Source: an uncultured virus (IMG/VR IMGVR_UViG_3300021256_000096) (lineage: Duplodnaviria > Heunggongvirae > Uroviricota > Caudoviricetes). From it: 64,000 nt of DNA. A program made the position numbers and the translations under genes. The first letter of the stretch is position 1. Each line of letters begins with the position of its first letter. This document shows, piece by piece, positions 53,884 to 63,018 of this stretch. The stretch lies in the IMG/VR virus record IMGVR_UViG_3300021256_000096. The stretch is one strand, 5' to 3'. The notes below the pieces were generated by a model that was not told where the DNA came from, did no database searches, and saw nothing but the letters and a program-made list of their open reading frames with translations.

Positions 53884-54387
53884 ATGAAAAGGTTAATGCT
53901 CAACAATGATAGTGAGTTCAATGCTTGGAAGTCTAACATTGACAAGCAGTATCCATCCGGACTCGACCACTTCAACCCAAGAGTTCCGAAAGCATATCCA
54001 GTGCTCGTGCTCTACTATATGTACGAGATTGAAATTGACGCACATTTTGCTCCAATTAAGCAATGCGGATTCGACTATGTTTATCCGGCTGAGTTCGACA
54101 CGAGCATCACTTCTGTCCAGGAACATCCAGAACTTATTATAGAGGGACGTCTGTGTAATGTCCGGATTCCTGAGCGACTGTGCGACAAGTACAATGTATT
54201 CGGAAATGAATGGTTGCCGGCCAAGATTGTTGCCGTAATAAACGAAGCCGGCAGCAATTATCCAACAGTCGTGGTAGACGTCCGGAAATCTAAGAAGTAT
54301 GCGACCGATGCTATTCACGAGCTTCGCTTGAAACCATCTGAAGTCGAGACTCATCTGATGTACAGAGACATTAAACAAAATTCATAA
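53884..54387 (+). CDS. hypothetical protein
   Basis: 167-aa ORF. Confidence 0.7.
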   Translation: MKRLMLNNDSEFNAWKSNIDKQYPSGLDHFNPRVPKAYPVLVLYYMYEIEIDAHFAPIKQCGFDYVYPAEFDTSITSVQEHPELIIEGRLCNVRIPERLCDKYNVFGNEWLPAKIVAVINEAGSNYPTVVVDVRKSKKYATDAIHELRLKPSEVETHLMYRDIKQNS

Positions 54388-54412
54388 TAGAACCAATTAA
54401 ACATAAAACAAT

Positions 54413-54745
54413 ATGAGATTCAATGTATCAATAAAGCCAACCGTCTATACCGGTCATGGAACATACAGAAGCGCAATGGACAGGTTCCATTCTGTAATAC
54501 CAGCAGTGACTTGCTTTACTGTTAGTGGATACGGAAACTACTATGGCTCCATCAGGAGAAGAGGTGACAACGGCCCCGACTATGCGTACTGCTTCAACGT
54601 GGACGTATTCAAGAGAGGAAAGCATCGCAAGAATAAGCATTACACTCTCTACGTCTACAAAATTGACCTGAGACTGCTCGACATCCTGGGTATGAAGATT
54701 GACCAGCATCAGAGATACTTCAGAATTGTCCCTAAGAAGAAGTAA
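54413..54745 (+). CDS. hypothetical protein
   Basis: 110-aa ORF. Confidence 0.7.
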   Translation: MRFNVSIKPTVYTGHGTYRSAMDRFHSVIPAVTCFTVSGYGNYYGSIRRRGDNGPDYAYCFNVDVFKRGKHRKNKHYTLYVYKIDLRLLDILGMKIDQHQRYFRIVPKKK

Positions 54746-54779
54746 GTGATTCGATAATGAAATCAAAACAGAAATAATT

Positions 54780-55157
54780 ATGGGATACTTAACAAGACAC
54801 GTCATCACAATCATTCCTGAGTCCAAAGCGACTCAGGAAAACTACGTCCGTGTACGAAGAGCAATTGCTGAAGCTCTTGAAGAAGACGTCTACAATCATC
54901 TGACGATTTATTCAAACCGGATGGATGACTTCGGTTTCAACTACGGGTTCGGTTCAAAGTGGTACCATAATGATTGTGCGAAGCGGGCATCAAAAGCAGT
55001 TCCAGACTTAACTATCCGGTTCAGATGCTTCGGTGAATCTAAAGATGGAGACGCTCTCCGAGATGAAACGTACGAGAACGGCGTCCTGGTTGAAAAGAAA
55101 GAACTGAATGTTGAAGAGTTCTGGAATTCATACGGCTATCACGGAACGTACACATAA
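54780..55157 (+). CDS. hypothetical protein
   Basis: 125-aa ORF. Confidence 0.7.
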   Translation: MGYLTRHVITIIPESKATQENYVRVRRAIAEALEEDVYNHLTIYSNRMDDFGFNYGFGSKWYHNDCAKRASKAVPDLTIRFRCFGESKDGDALRDETYENGVLVEKKELNVEEFWNSYGYHGTYT

Positions 55158-55174
55158 TCAAAAACAATTGCGTA

Positions 55175-55507
55175 ATGAAATCAAAATTCCCCAACATCTA
55201 CGAGTTCCTCAACAGACTGTACGCCTATCATCAGATTGACGACGTAGTCTACGATACTGCGCAGAAACTGCTTGATTATTTCCGGGACAACAAGACGTTC
55301 CAGATTTATAATCACGCAATGAACTCTGACCAGGACGTCCGGATTATGTTCGACGAACTCGTGGATTGGTGGATCGATGAACATTACCTCGACATCTCCA
55401 GTGAGCACGACACGTTATACGAGTACAACGTCCTTACAGACAGAGAAACGAATAAAGTCATCAAGGACGAGGTTTTCCGTATTGTCAGGTCGTCTTCAAA
55501 TGGATAA
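55175..55507 (+). CDS. hypothetical protein
   Basis: 110-aa ORF. Confidence 0.7.
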   Translation: MKSKFPNIYEFLNRLYAYHQIDDVVYDTAQKLLDYFRDNKTFQIYNHAMNSDQDVRIMFDELVDWWIDEHYLDISSEHDTLYEYNVLTDRETNKVIKDEVFRIVRSSSNG

Positions 55508-55583
55508 TCGGTTGCTCCATCAAATCAATTAATGTGTTGGTTTTCTATAGATAAATACAGAAAATTCAACACATTTATTTTAT

Positions 55584-56297
55584 ATGAACAAAGAACGGAA
55601 GAAAGCTCTCTACGAGAGTATAATGATGGATGTTGCAAAGATTGTAAAGCGTCGTATCATGGAGGCTGATAATGAGAGCAGCGTCGATAATGACCGGATG
55701 TACGTCAGCCTGGATAAAGACGGCAAGATCCGTTTAATATCCGAAGATGAAGTTTCGAATCTTATGAAGGGAGGCACTATTCGTGCTTACAACCCGAACG
55801 TGAAGGCCGGTCCGAATGAGAAAGACTGGACGATGTACGCAGTGCGCGTCTCTGACATCAAGTGTGCCAAGTGCTCGTTCCTCGGAAAGAACGAGGGCTG
55901 GCCGGATTACTGGACGTCTTCGATGACACTGTGGGGCAAGGTCTCTTTCATTAAGGGAGGACACGGACAGTCGTGGGAACCGGAATTTCCGGGCAAGCTT
56001 GTCATCGAGTGTGATCAGAAGAAGAATTGCTACACGTTCACTCCGTATCAGTTCGACGGCAAGTACGATCAGATGAGCGCATACGGGGACAACGGCAACT
56101 ATTCCCACTTCGTCCACCGTGCAGTCAGCGTTCCGTACAACAGCGAGGAACGTGAAATCGAGGGTGACAAGAAGATCAAGTACTGGGTGAAGCATCTCAG
56201 CAGAGGCTTCCGCTCATACAACGCAGTCAAGACTCTCATCAAGAAAGGATATCTTGAAGTCAGGGACGGGGAACTCGTTCCGCAGGAGAAGAAATAA
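55584..56297 (+). CDS. late protein with ALYESIM leader
   Basis: MNKERKKALYESIMMDVAKIVKRRIMEA; GATAAATA at 55550. Confidence 0.85.
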   Translation: MNKERKKALYESIMMDVAKIVKRRIMEADNESSVDNDRMYVSLDKDGKIRLISEDEVSNLMKGGTIRAYNPNVKAGPNEKDWTMYAVRVSDIKCAKCSFLGKNEGWPDYWTSSMTLWGKVSFIKGGHGQSWEPEFPGKLVIECDQKKNCYTFTPYQFDGKYDQMSAYGDNGNYSHFVHRAVSVPYNSEEREIEGDKKIKYWVKHLSRGFRSYNAVKTLIKKGYLEVRDGELVPQEKK

Positions 56298-56390
56298 TAT
56301 ATAGTTTCTGTAAGTATAGAGAAGACGTCCTGCTCTACCATCAAATAGAACAGGACGTCTTCTTTCTTGTCTTGTGTTTGTCTGATTCCA

Positions 56391-56666
56391 TTACGAATCG
56401 TAACGGACATTGAACTTAACCTGGAGTTGACTGCGCTTGACGTTGATGACATACTCATTTGCTTCGAGTCTGTTCTTCCAGTCATTCAGGACAGCGTCCG
56501 TATATCCGTACTTTGTGTTCAGAGTGATGATGACTGCGAAGCCAGTGTCCTGACAAGTCTCCATATTGCACAATGTCGGCATATGATAATCCTTAATGAC
56601 GTCTTCGTTCACTTCCGACTTAATTTGCTTCAGAACTTCTGCTGCATGTTCAATTGTCTTTGCCAT
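56391..56666 (-). CDS. hypothetical protein
   Basis: 91-aa ORF. Confidence 0.7.
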   Translation of the reverse strand: MAKTIEHAAEVLKQIKSEVNEDVIKDYHMPTLCNMETCQDTGFAVIITLNTKYGYTDAVLNDWKNRLEANEYVINVKRSQLQVKFNVRYDS

Positions 56667-56684
56667 AATTGTTCTTTAGTTTGA

Positions 56685-56978
56685 TTATAGATTTGTAATA
56701 TTGCCTTCCTCGTATACGAGCACAATCCTTATCCGCTTCATCTGTTTGTTCGGATACGGAGTAGAATGCTCGATGATGAGATACTGATCCGTAAGATCAG
56801 TTGTATGGATACCTGTCCTCTCGTAATACTCTTCCTTATTCTTTATGTTAGCCAGGAGAACTTCCTTAGCTTCATCAAGAGTATCCAACTTCATAGAAGA
56901 CGGAAAATCTTTTCCGGTCGACTTCCAGGTCTTAATTTCACCCTGACAGAAATGGGATATAGTATAATACGTTTGCAT
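56685..56978 (-). CDS. hypothetical protein
   Basis: 97-aa ORF. Confidence 0.65.
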   Translation of the reverse strand: MQTYYTISHFCQGEIKTWKSTGKDFPSSMKLDTLDEAKEVLLANIKNKEEYYERTGIHTTDLTDQYLIIEHSTPYPNKQMKRIRIVLVYEEGNITNL

Positions 56979-57175
56979 AGCTTTATATATTTTAAAGACA
57001 CTTTCCGTAGTACTTCAAAAATATCCGGTGAGCAAGTTCTTCAGCCGCTGTTCCAACCAAGTTGGTGTTGCGCCGAACCCAGTTCAATAAGATATTGTGT
57101 CTGGACGTTACATACGATTCACTCAGCATACTCTTAGTCCTCCTTGATGTTAATGATTCGCGCACTTAAATTTTA

Positions 57176-57628
57176 TTATAAATGTTCTCCGAAATATCTG
57201 ATAGACACTTCGATTCCTGTCTGCTTCTCGCACAGTTCGTCTGCAAATACGGGTGCTCCTGAGACAATACAGTCGCGCTGAGAGTAGCGGAGATTCGTCA
57301 CTAGGCGTGCGGCGATGCTCACTTTCTCTGGAGAACCCTCACAATCCATAACGAAACTCGTCAGATGCTTCTTCTTTGCGTCCATAAACTGATTGAAGAA
57401 TTCTTCCTCTTGCTCACGCATCTCCTGCTCATAGTCAGTCTCCAATGACTCGTACTCAGCGATTATTGACTGGAAACCACCATCATCGCGCAGGCTCAGC
57501 CAGACGTCCGAACTTTTCACTTCAGCCGGTATCTGCTTCCTGGCGTACTCTATCGCAAGGTTCAACTGCTCAAGCGTCATATCCAGAGAACACACGACGT
57601 TTAATGTCCTTTTGACTTTCTGTTTCAT
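57176..57628 (-). CDS. hypothetical protein
   Basis: 150-aa ORF. Confidence 0.7.
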   Translation of the reverse strand: MKQKVKRTLNVVCSLDMTLEQLNLAIEYARKQIPAEVKSSDVWLSLRDDGGFQSIIAEYESLETDYEQEMREQEEEFFNQFMDAKKKHLTSFVMDCEGSPEKVSIAARLVTNLRYSQRDCIVSGAPVFADELCEKQTGIEVSIRYFGEHL

Positions 57629-57774
57629 TGCGAATCCCTTTCTATTTTATACGATTCAATCTTCACGCCGTCTTTACCCGGCCAGTTCTCGAACATGTCT
57701 TCAATGACTAACTCATCGCAGACGTCCGAGTAATTCTTCCAATCCACATTGAATTCAACTGTCACTTTCATATC

Positions 57775-58320
57775 TTACCAGACTTTCTTAAGCTTTATGC
57801 CATTCTTGTTGTTCAGTTCCGCATAATGCTCCTTATAATAAGGGAACAGTTCGTAGAATCTCTTCCAGGTCGCATCAGAACGCTTTATCGACGGGATGCG
57901 AACCCGATGATGATTATCACCTCCGCCACTGCTGTTGTATACAAACTTCTGGTTGTCCTTATTCACAGTGCGACGGACGTACTTATATGACTGCTTCTCC
58001 TTGTATCTCTCACGATTGCGTTCGAGTTCAGCAAGGACGTCTTCAAGGGGAATGAGATTGCATTCATCATCAAACCTGACCTCCCATAGCATCCAATCGC
58101 TACAGTAGTCACGCAGTGCCTTGCCGGTCAGAGTCGTCTTCGTAGCAATCCTTGCATATGACTTCTTCGCATTAGCAATGCGAGCATCGAACCTTTTGTC
58201 AATATCAGCAAGGTATTGTTCGAGAGATTTGTTTTCCCCCAATGCGTAACTGTTAGCCGGACGTCGAGTCTTGTAACTATAGTGGCGCAAGTCCTTCTGA
58301 TAACCTTTATCTTTTCTCAT
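57775..58320 (-). CDS. basic hypothetical protein
   Basis: 181-aa ORF. Confidence 0.75.
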   Translation of the reverse strand: MRKDKGYQKDLRHYSYKTRRPANSYALGENKSLEQYLADIDKRFDARIANAKKSYARIATKTTLTGKALRDYCSDWMLWEVRFDDECNLIPLEDVLAELERNRERYKEKQSYKYVRRTVNKDNQKFVYNSSGGGDNHHRVRIPSIKRSDATWKRFYELFPYYKEHYAELNNKNGIKLKKVW

Positions 58321-59027
58321 TATTCTTCGAATTTATATTTTGTATTCTTCTCTATAAACTTCTTGAACGCATCTGTCTTATCGAATTTGTTGTATCCGAT
58401 GCACATCTCAAGTCCGTCATTGTAATCCCATTTCTCAGGAATCGCTATGAAACTCTCTGACTCTTTCTCGAATTCGTCTACAGTCATCTCCATACAGAAC
58501 ACTCGGTAGTTGTCCAGGTTGGCATATGCTCTCCGGTCGTCTGTAAGTTCTTCGATGAATGAGAACGGGTCCATCAAGATTCCCATCATACGGTCGCCCA
58601 ACATCGTCTTCTTTTCTCTTAATAGATGTTCTTCAGTGTTCACTGTCGGAACCATTCTGGGCTGATACGGCATTTCCTTATTCTCGTAGAGCTTGTGAAA
58701 CAGCCATCTGAACGAACATCCGGCGAGTCCCTTTGCGTCCTGAGAATCGTGGATTATCTCCACACATCTCTCTTCTGTGCATCTCTGATTGATTAGCGGC
58801 TCGTGCTTCCACCACAATCTTGCGATTTCGTCCAGAGTCTTGTGCTTCGTCCAGAACAGATAACCGCCAGTCGTTGAGAAACACTTCACGACAGTGTTCT
58901 CGTTTCCGGACGTTGTGTAGTACTCTTTCATCTTCTCGAAGAACTCATCTACAGTGAGTATGAGGACTTCTTTGTTGTTCAGTGTATCGCGTTCCATAAT
59001 GAAATCATTGTTTCGTTTGATTATCAA
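58320..59027 (-). CDS. hypothetical protein
   Basis: 235-aa ORF; start uncertain. Confidence 0.75.
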   Translation of the reverse strand: MIIKRNNDFIMERDTLNNKEVLILTVDEFFEKMKEYYTTSGNENTVVKCFSTTGGYLFWTKHKTLDEIARLWWKHEPLINQRCTEERCVEIIHDSQDAKGLAGCSFRWLFHKLYENKEMPYQPRMVPTVNTEEHLLREKKTMLGDRMMGILMDPFSFIEELTDDRRAYANLDNYRVFCMEMTVDEFEKESESFIAIPEKWDYNDGLEMCIGYNKFDKTDAFKKFIEKNTKYKFEE

Positions 59028-59034
59028 TTCTAAG

Positions 59035-59682
59035 TTATACGTTTCTCTTCAGTTGTTGCTTCGTGAATCGAGGACCGAGTTTAGCGATCCATCTCATATA
59101 TCTCATAAACCCGTCGTAGTCTTCACCGAAAATCTTCATATACGGATTATTGACAAAATAATTGTCGATGTCTTCCTGAGATTCCGACCATACAGAAGCA
59201 TAGACGTTGCCTGCATAGGAATGTCCGATTCCGATGGATATCCACTCTTTGTCCAGAATCTTCGTATTCGGCTTGTCATTGAAAAGGAAGCGGACAGCAT
59301 CGTCCGTGCTCAGCCATTCGATAATGTCAGGCGTTGCCTTGATGACCGGACTCTTCGGGATCACATAACCTTTGCAGTCTTTATAGCAGTTATACGGAAA
59401 TTTCTTATTCTTCCCGGATTGGGACTTCGGCTTCAGATGATACTTGGCGTCCACTTGTTCGGTCAACCATCCGATTTTGTCTCCAGTGCCTTTAAGCACG
59501 TAGCAAAGTCCGAGACACGTCCGGTTGAAACCAAGAACATTGAATACGGATTGTTCGTTCACGATGACGTCTCCGACGCTGAACTTCGGATGTTCATCGG
59601 GACGTATGATTGATGCATCAGATATACTGATGTCTTCTTTATATGGATTAATCATCATAGTTCTTTCCTGTTTGATTGTCAA
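59035..59682 (-). CDS. hypothetical protein
   Basis: About 210-aa ORF; start probably ATG 59658. Confidence 0.75.
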   Translation of the reverse strand: MTIKQERTMMINPYKEDISISDASIIRPDEHPKFSVGDVIVNEQSVFNVLGFNRTCLGLCYVLKGTGDKIGWLTEQVDAKYHLKPKSQSGKNKKFPYNCYKDCKGYVIPKSPVIKATPDIIEWLSTDDAVRFLFNDKPNTKILDKEWISIGIGHSYAGNVYASVWSESQEDIDNYFVNNPYMKIFGEDYDGFMRYMRWIAKLGPRFTKQQLKRNV

Positions 59683-59683
59683 T

Positions 59684-60142
59684 TTAAATACATACGTTGT
59701 TGAAGCACCATACGATGATGTCGAGGTCCTCTGCCATCAGATACTCAACGAATTCCAGACGCTTCCTGAACATCTTCAGTTTGTTCTCATCTGTGTATTT
59801 ACCATTAGAATAGAGATGCTGGTCATCCAGTTCATTGAGAGACATAAACTTCCTAAAATTACCGTTGACGGTTCTCATAAAGTGACTGTACGGAGCGTTT
59901 GAGATACTGTAGTACTCATCTCCGGTCACATAGCAGTAGAGGAATGTCTCAGGACGCTGCTTCGACCATTTGTACCTGATTACATCCGTCAGGAGACACT
60001 CGAATGTCTGGACGTCGAGTTTAACGTCTTTCAGATTCCCTTTCTCTATCGCAGCACGCAGAGTCTGAATTTTAGCGTCCAGTTTCTCTTTGAACTCTTT
60101 GTTAGAGTTAATGATGAACTCAAATGCTTCTGTCTTTGTCAT
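59684..60142 (-). CDS. hypothetical protein
   Basis: 152-aa ORF after an early promoter at 60165-60217 (-). Confidence 0.75.
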   Translation of the reverse strand: MTKTEAFEFIINSNKEFKEKLDAKIQTLRAAIEKGNLKDVKLDVQTFECLLTDVIRYKWSKQRPETFLYCYVTGDEYYSISNAPYSHFMRTVNGNFRKFMSLNELDDQHLYSNGKYTDENKLKMFRKRLEFVEYLMAEDLDIIVWCFNNVCI

Positions 60143-60378
60143 AATTATTATCTTTGATTTCTACCGCGAATATACGACAATTATTTCAACTGTGCAAATT
60201 ATTTTGCATTCTTTAACTATATTTTAATGAAAATTAAGAAACGATACTCAGGATTCGTAACGAAACCAATTATTCGTTTCCTAAAGATTCCAAAATTCTG
60301 AAACTTTTCTCTCTCAACGCTTGTATAATTTAAAGAGATTTTGTATCTTTGCACAAAGAAATAAAAACAATAAGTAAT

Positions 60379-60750
60379 ATGACAACAGAAGAATTCAAAA
60401 CAGCATTTCCCGTCGGGTCATTAATCTCTTATGTTCCTGGAATACAATTTCTGAAAGCCGGAGTAAGGGACTTCTTCAAGATAGAAGGTTACACAGTGAA
60501 TCCGAAGGGACATCTTCATATAAAGGGTGTGTGGTGCGGCTTTGACTTCCAGACAACTCGCTATAAGAAAGAGTACACTACTGACGACCCGTCTAAGTGG
60601 CATTGTATCGACTGTATCGAAGATGTTATGCAAACGTCCGTCGGAACTCTCTGTCACAACTTCAATGACGTGAGACTTGCAGATGAGAAAGAGACTTCGA
60701 TTTTCAATTTCTGTCTTGAAAAGATGCAACAAGAATATTCAAATCAATAA
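60379..60750 (+). CDS. hypothetical protein
   Basis: ATG 60379 after early promoter tatctttgca at 60344. Confidence 0.75.
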   Translation: MTTEEFKTAFPVGSLISYVPGIQFLKAGVRDFFKIEGYTVNPKGHLHIKGVWCGFDFQTTRYKKEYTTDDPSKWHCIDCIEDVMQTSVGTLCHNFNDVRLADEKETSIFNFCLEKMQQEYSNQ

Positions 60751-60767
60751 CGAAATCAAATCAATAT

Positions 60768-60959
60768 ATGCACAAGATACGTAACACCAAACATCAAGCG
60801 ATTCTCGACTCTCTGGTCGGGACGATTGCTCCTGGATGTTCAGAACCGTTGTCCAAGCGGACGTTGAAGAAACTCTGCATCATCAAGAAGTGGGACAAAA
60901 AAGCGGTGCTGAAGGACATCAAAGAAGACAATTGGTGGATTTACTTTTGCGACGATTAA
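60768..60959 (+). CDS. small protein, paralog of 10622..10828
   Basis: See the paralog entry. Confidence 0.75.
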   Translation: MHKIRNTKHQAILDSLVGTIAPGCSEPLSKRTLKKLCIIKKWDKKAVLKDIKEDNWWIYFCDD

Positions 60960-60994
60960 ATTCAAATCGATAACGAAATCAAATAAACGTCAAT

Positions 60995-61519
60995 ATGTTC
61001 AACGAACAAGCATTACACGAGTGGATACAGCATATGGCTGAACGTCCGGATGAATTTCCGGCGTACGTGTCATTCTTCCACGGCATAACTCACTGGAGAA
61101 ATGTTGAGGCTTTCGGACTTATGCTCGCAGATGAGTATCCGTCAGCAGACACTGACGTCATCAGATGGTTCGCATATCTCCACGACTGTCGCAGGGGAAC
61201 TGAACGTCCCTTTGAAGAGCATGGACGTCTGGCAGCTGCGTTTATATCCAGAATTCGCAAGACATTCTTGAAGGACTTGACTGATGCTCAGATAAAGACT
61301 CTAAAACTTGCCTGCAAGCATCACACAACAAAACGTCGCACCAAGGACTTGACAGCAGACATCTGTCTGGACGCTGACAGGCTTGACTTGAACAGAGTCA
61401 CTATTAAACCCGACCCTAAGAGAATGGCTACGGAAGCAGGCGCACGTTTCGCTCAGATGAGTGAAGCGGAACTGGAATCTCGCAAGGACATTTACCTTCA
61501 AAGTTTAAACAACAGCTAA
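60995..61519 (+). CDS. HD-domain phosphohydrolase
   Basis: HGITHW..AYLHD..EHG..HHT..CLDADRLDL. Confidence 0.85.
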   Translation: MFNEQALHEWIQHMAERPDEFPAYVSFFHGITHWRNVEAFGLMLADEYPSADTDVIRWFAYLHDCRRGTERPFEEHGRLAAAFISRIRKTFLKDLTDAQIKTLKLACKHHTTKRRTKDLTADICLDADRLDLNRVTIKPDPKRMATEAGARFAQMSEAELESRKDIYLQSLNNS

Positions 61520-61672
61520 AACAGATATACATTCACCTAAAGAATGCAAAATTCTGAAAAGTTTTTGTCTAAATGCTTGCAAGATTCAAAACTAATTCGT
61601 ATCTTTGCATCGTGATTCAGAAATGAACACAAGACAGTTAACATTATTAATTACTTTAAAAGCAACAGAGTT

Positions 61673-62533
61673 ATGAAACAGAATTCAGAACAGAAGACAA
61701 GAGTCGAAATGATTACCCTCAAGGAAGTTAAGAACCTTGGTTTGCATTGTCATTCTCAGAACAGAGTAGTCAGTCAGGCTCACGTGAACCACATTAAGGA
61801 GTTTATCACTGATAACGACAAGGGAACTGCCCTCAGTCATATGGGAACTGTTATTGTTTCTATAAAGACTCGCAATCTTCTTGATGGGCAGCATCGAGTT
61901 CAGGCTTGTCTAGAACTCCTTGAAGAAAAAGTTCTCTCACCAACAGATACTCTTCCATTCCAGTGGATTTGGTGTGCTGATGAATCCGAAGAGTACGAAG
62001 AGATTAAGAGGTTCAACAACACCGGCAAGCGCTGGACGTCCTGGGACTACTTCCGCGGAAATAAGATGGTGAATGAGAATTATCGCCGTCTGGAGTCGTT
62101 CATCAAGGAATGCCCGAAACTCCGCGGAAAAAACTCTACACGTCCCGCTTATGCTCTTCTGTTCGGTAAGTCATATAACCGTGCGGACTTCAACGCAGGC
62201 AAGTTCACGATGACTGAGGAAGACCGCCAGCGCGGACTCCAGATGTACAATGAGATTGAGCGTCTGACCACATATCTGAAGGCTCCTGAGAAAATCAGCA
62301 CATACGGAATGGCTCCGAAACTCAACTTCGAGGAACTTGCTTGTGCTTGGTGGATTTATCGCTCGACGGCCGGTGCTCAGACCAATATGGACGAGTTCAT
62401 CGACGAGTTCCGTACTCACACCAAGATGTACAATAAGATGGAGAAGTCGAACCGCACCTCTCTGGTCAAGATGTTCGACAGAGTCCACAAGAATATGATT
62501 GCCCGTAAGACCGGCAAGCGTATCCGAATCTAA
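61673..62533 (+). CDS. ParB/Srx-like (DGQHR) N-terminal domain protein
   Basis: QNRVVSQAHV..LLDGQHRVQA..FNNTGKRW. Confidence 0.75.
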   Translation: MKQNSEQKTRVEMITLKEVKNLGLHCHSQNRVVSQAHVNHIKEFITDNDKGTALSHMGTVIVSIKTRNLLDGQHRVQACLELLEEKVLSPTDTLPFQWIWCADESEEYEEIKRFNNTGKRWTSWDYFRGNKMVNENYRRLESFIKECPKLRGKNSTRPAYALLFGKSYNRADFNAGKFTMTEEDRQRGLQMYNEIERLTTYLKAPEKISTYGMAPKLNFEELACAWWIYRSTAGAQTNMDEFIDEFRTHTKMYNKMEKSNRTSLVKMFDRVHKNMIARKTGKRIRI

Positions 62534-62640
62534 GAACGCTTTTAAAAGAATTATAATGTTCGGGCGTCTGGGTGGTCTGAATAAGACATCCGGACGCTTT
62601 TTCTTAAAGCAAAACAAATACAGATTCATAATGAAACTCA

Positions 62641-63009
62641 ATGAAAAGACTACTCTACATATTCGTCACTCTCTTCAGTACGCTGCTTCTGACGTCCTGT
62701 TACTGGAGTGATGATTTGAATGAATATACGGACGACTCGCATTCAAACAGACCCGACGCTTACCACTACTTCTGGTACTACAATCCGGATTTGTTCAAGG
62801 ACGTCGAGTACTGTCAAGTAATCGGGTGCTACGAATTATCCGTTCCTTCATCTGATGATGACTACGGATACTACACAAATCAGAGATGCTATGTCTACGA
62901 TGATACAATCTTTCTGAAGAAAAGGACTCTCTTCCCAGACCATATATACTTCAACGGTTATATCATCATCGACGATAATGAGTTTCAATACAGATTCAAA
63001 TTAAACTAA
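62641..63009 (+). CDS. putative lipoprotein
   Basis: Signal peptide with lipobox LLLTSC. Confidence 0.7.
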   Translation: MKRLLYIFVTLFSTLLLTSCYWSDDLNEYTDDSHSNRPDAYHYFWYYNPDLFKDVEYCQVIGCYELSVPSSDDDYGYYTNQRCYVYDDTIFLKKRTLFPDHIYFNGYIIIDDNEFQYRFKLN

Positions 63010-63018
63010 CTTCCATAT

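Noticed and set aside
11340..61610. N-terminal ORF extensions such as MCILNFLRTFAAK, MQNSEKFLFK, MKVFLQFS, MLNYFAISNN
   Set aside because: They are translations of the early promoter cassette; the real starts are the downstream ATGs.
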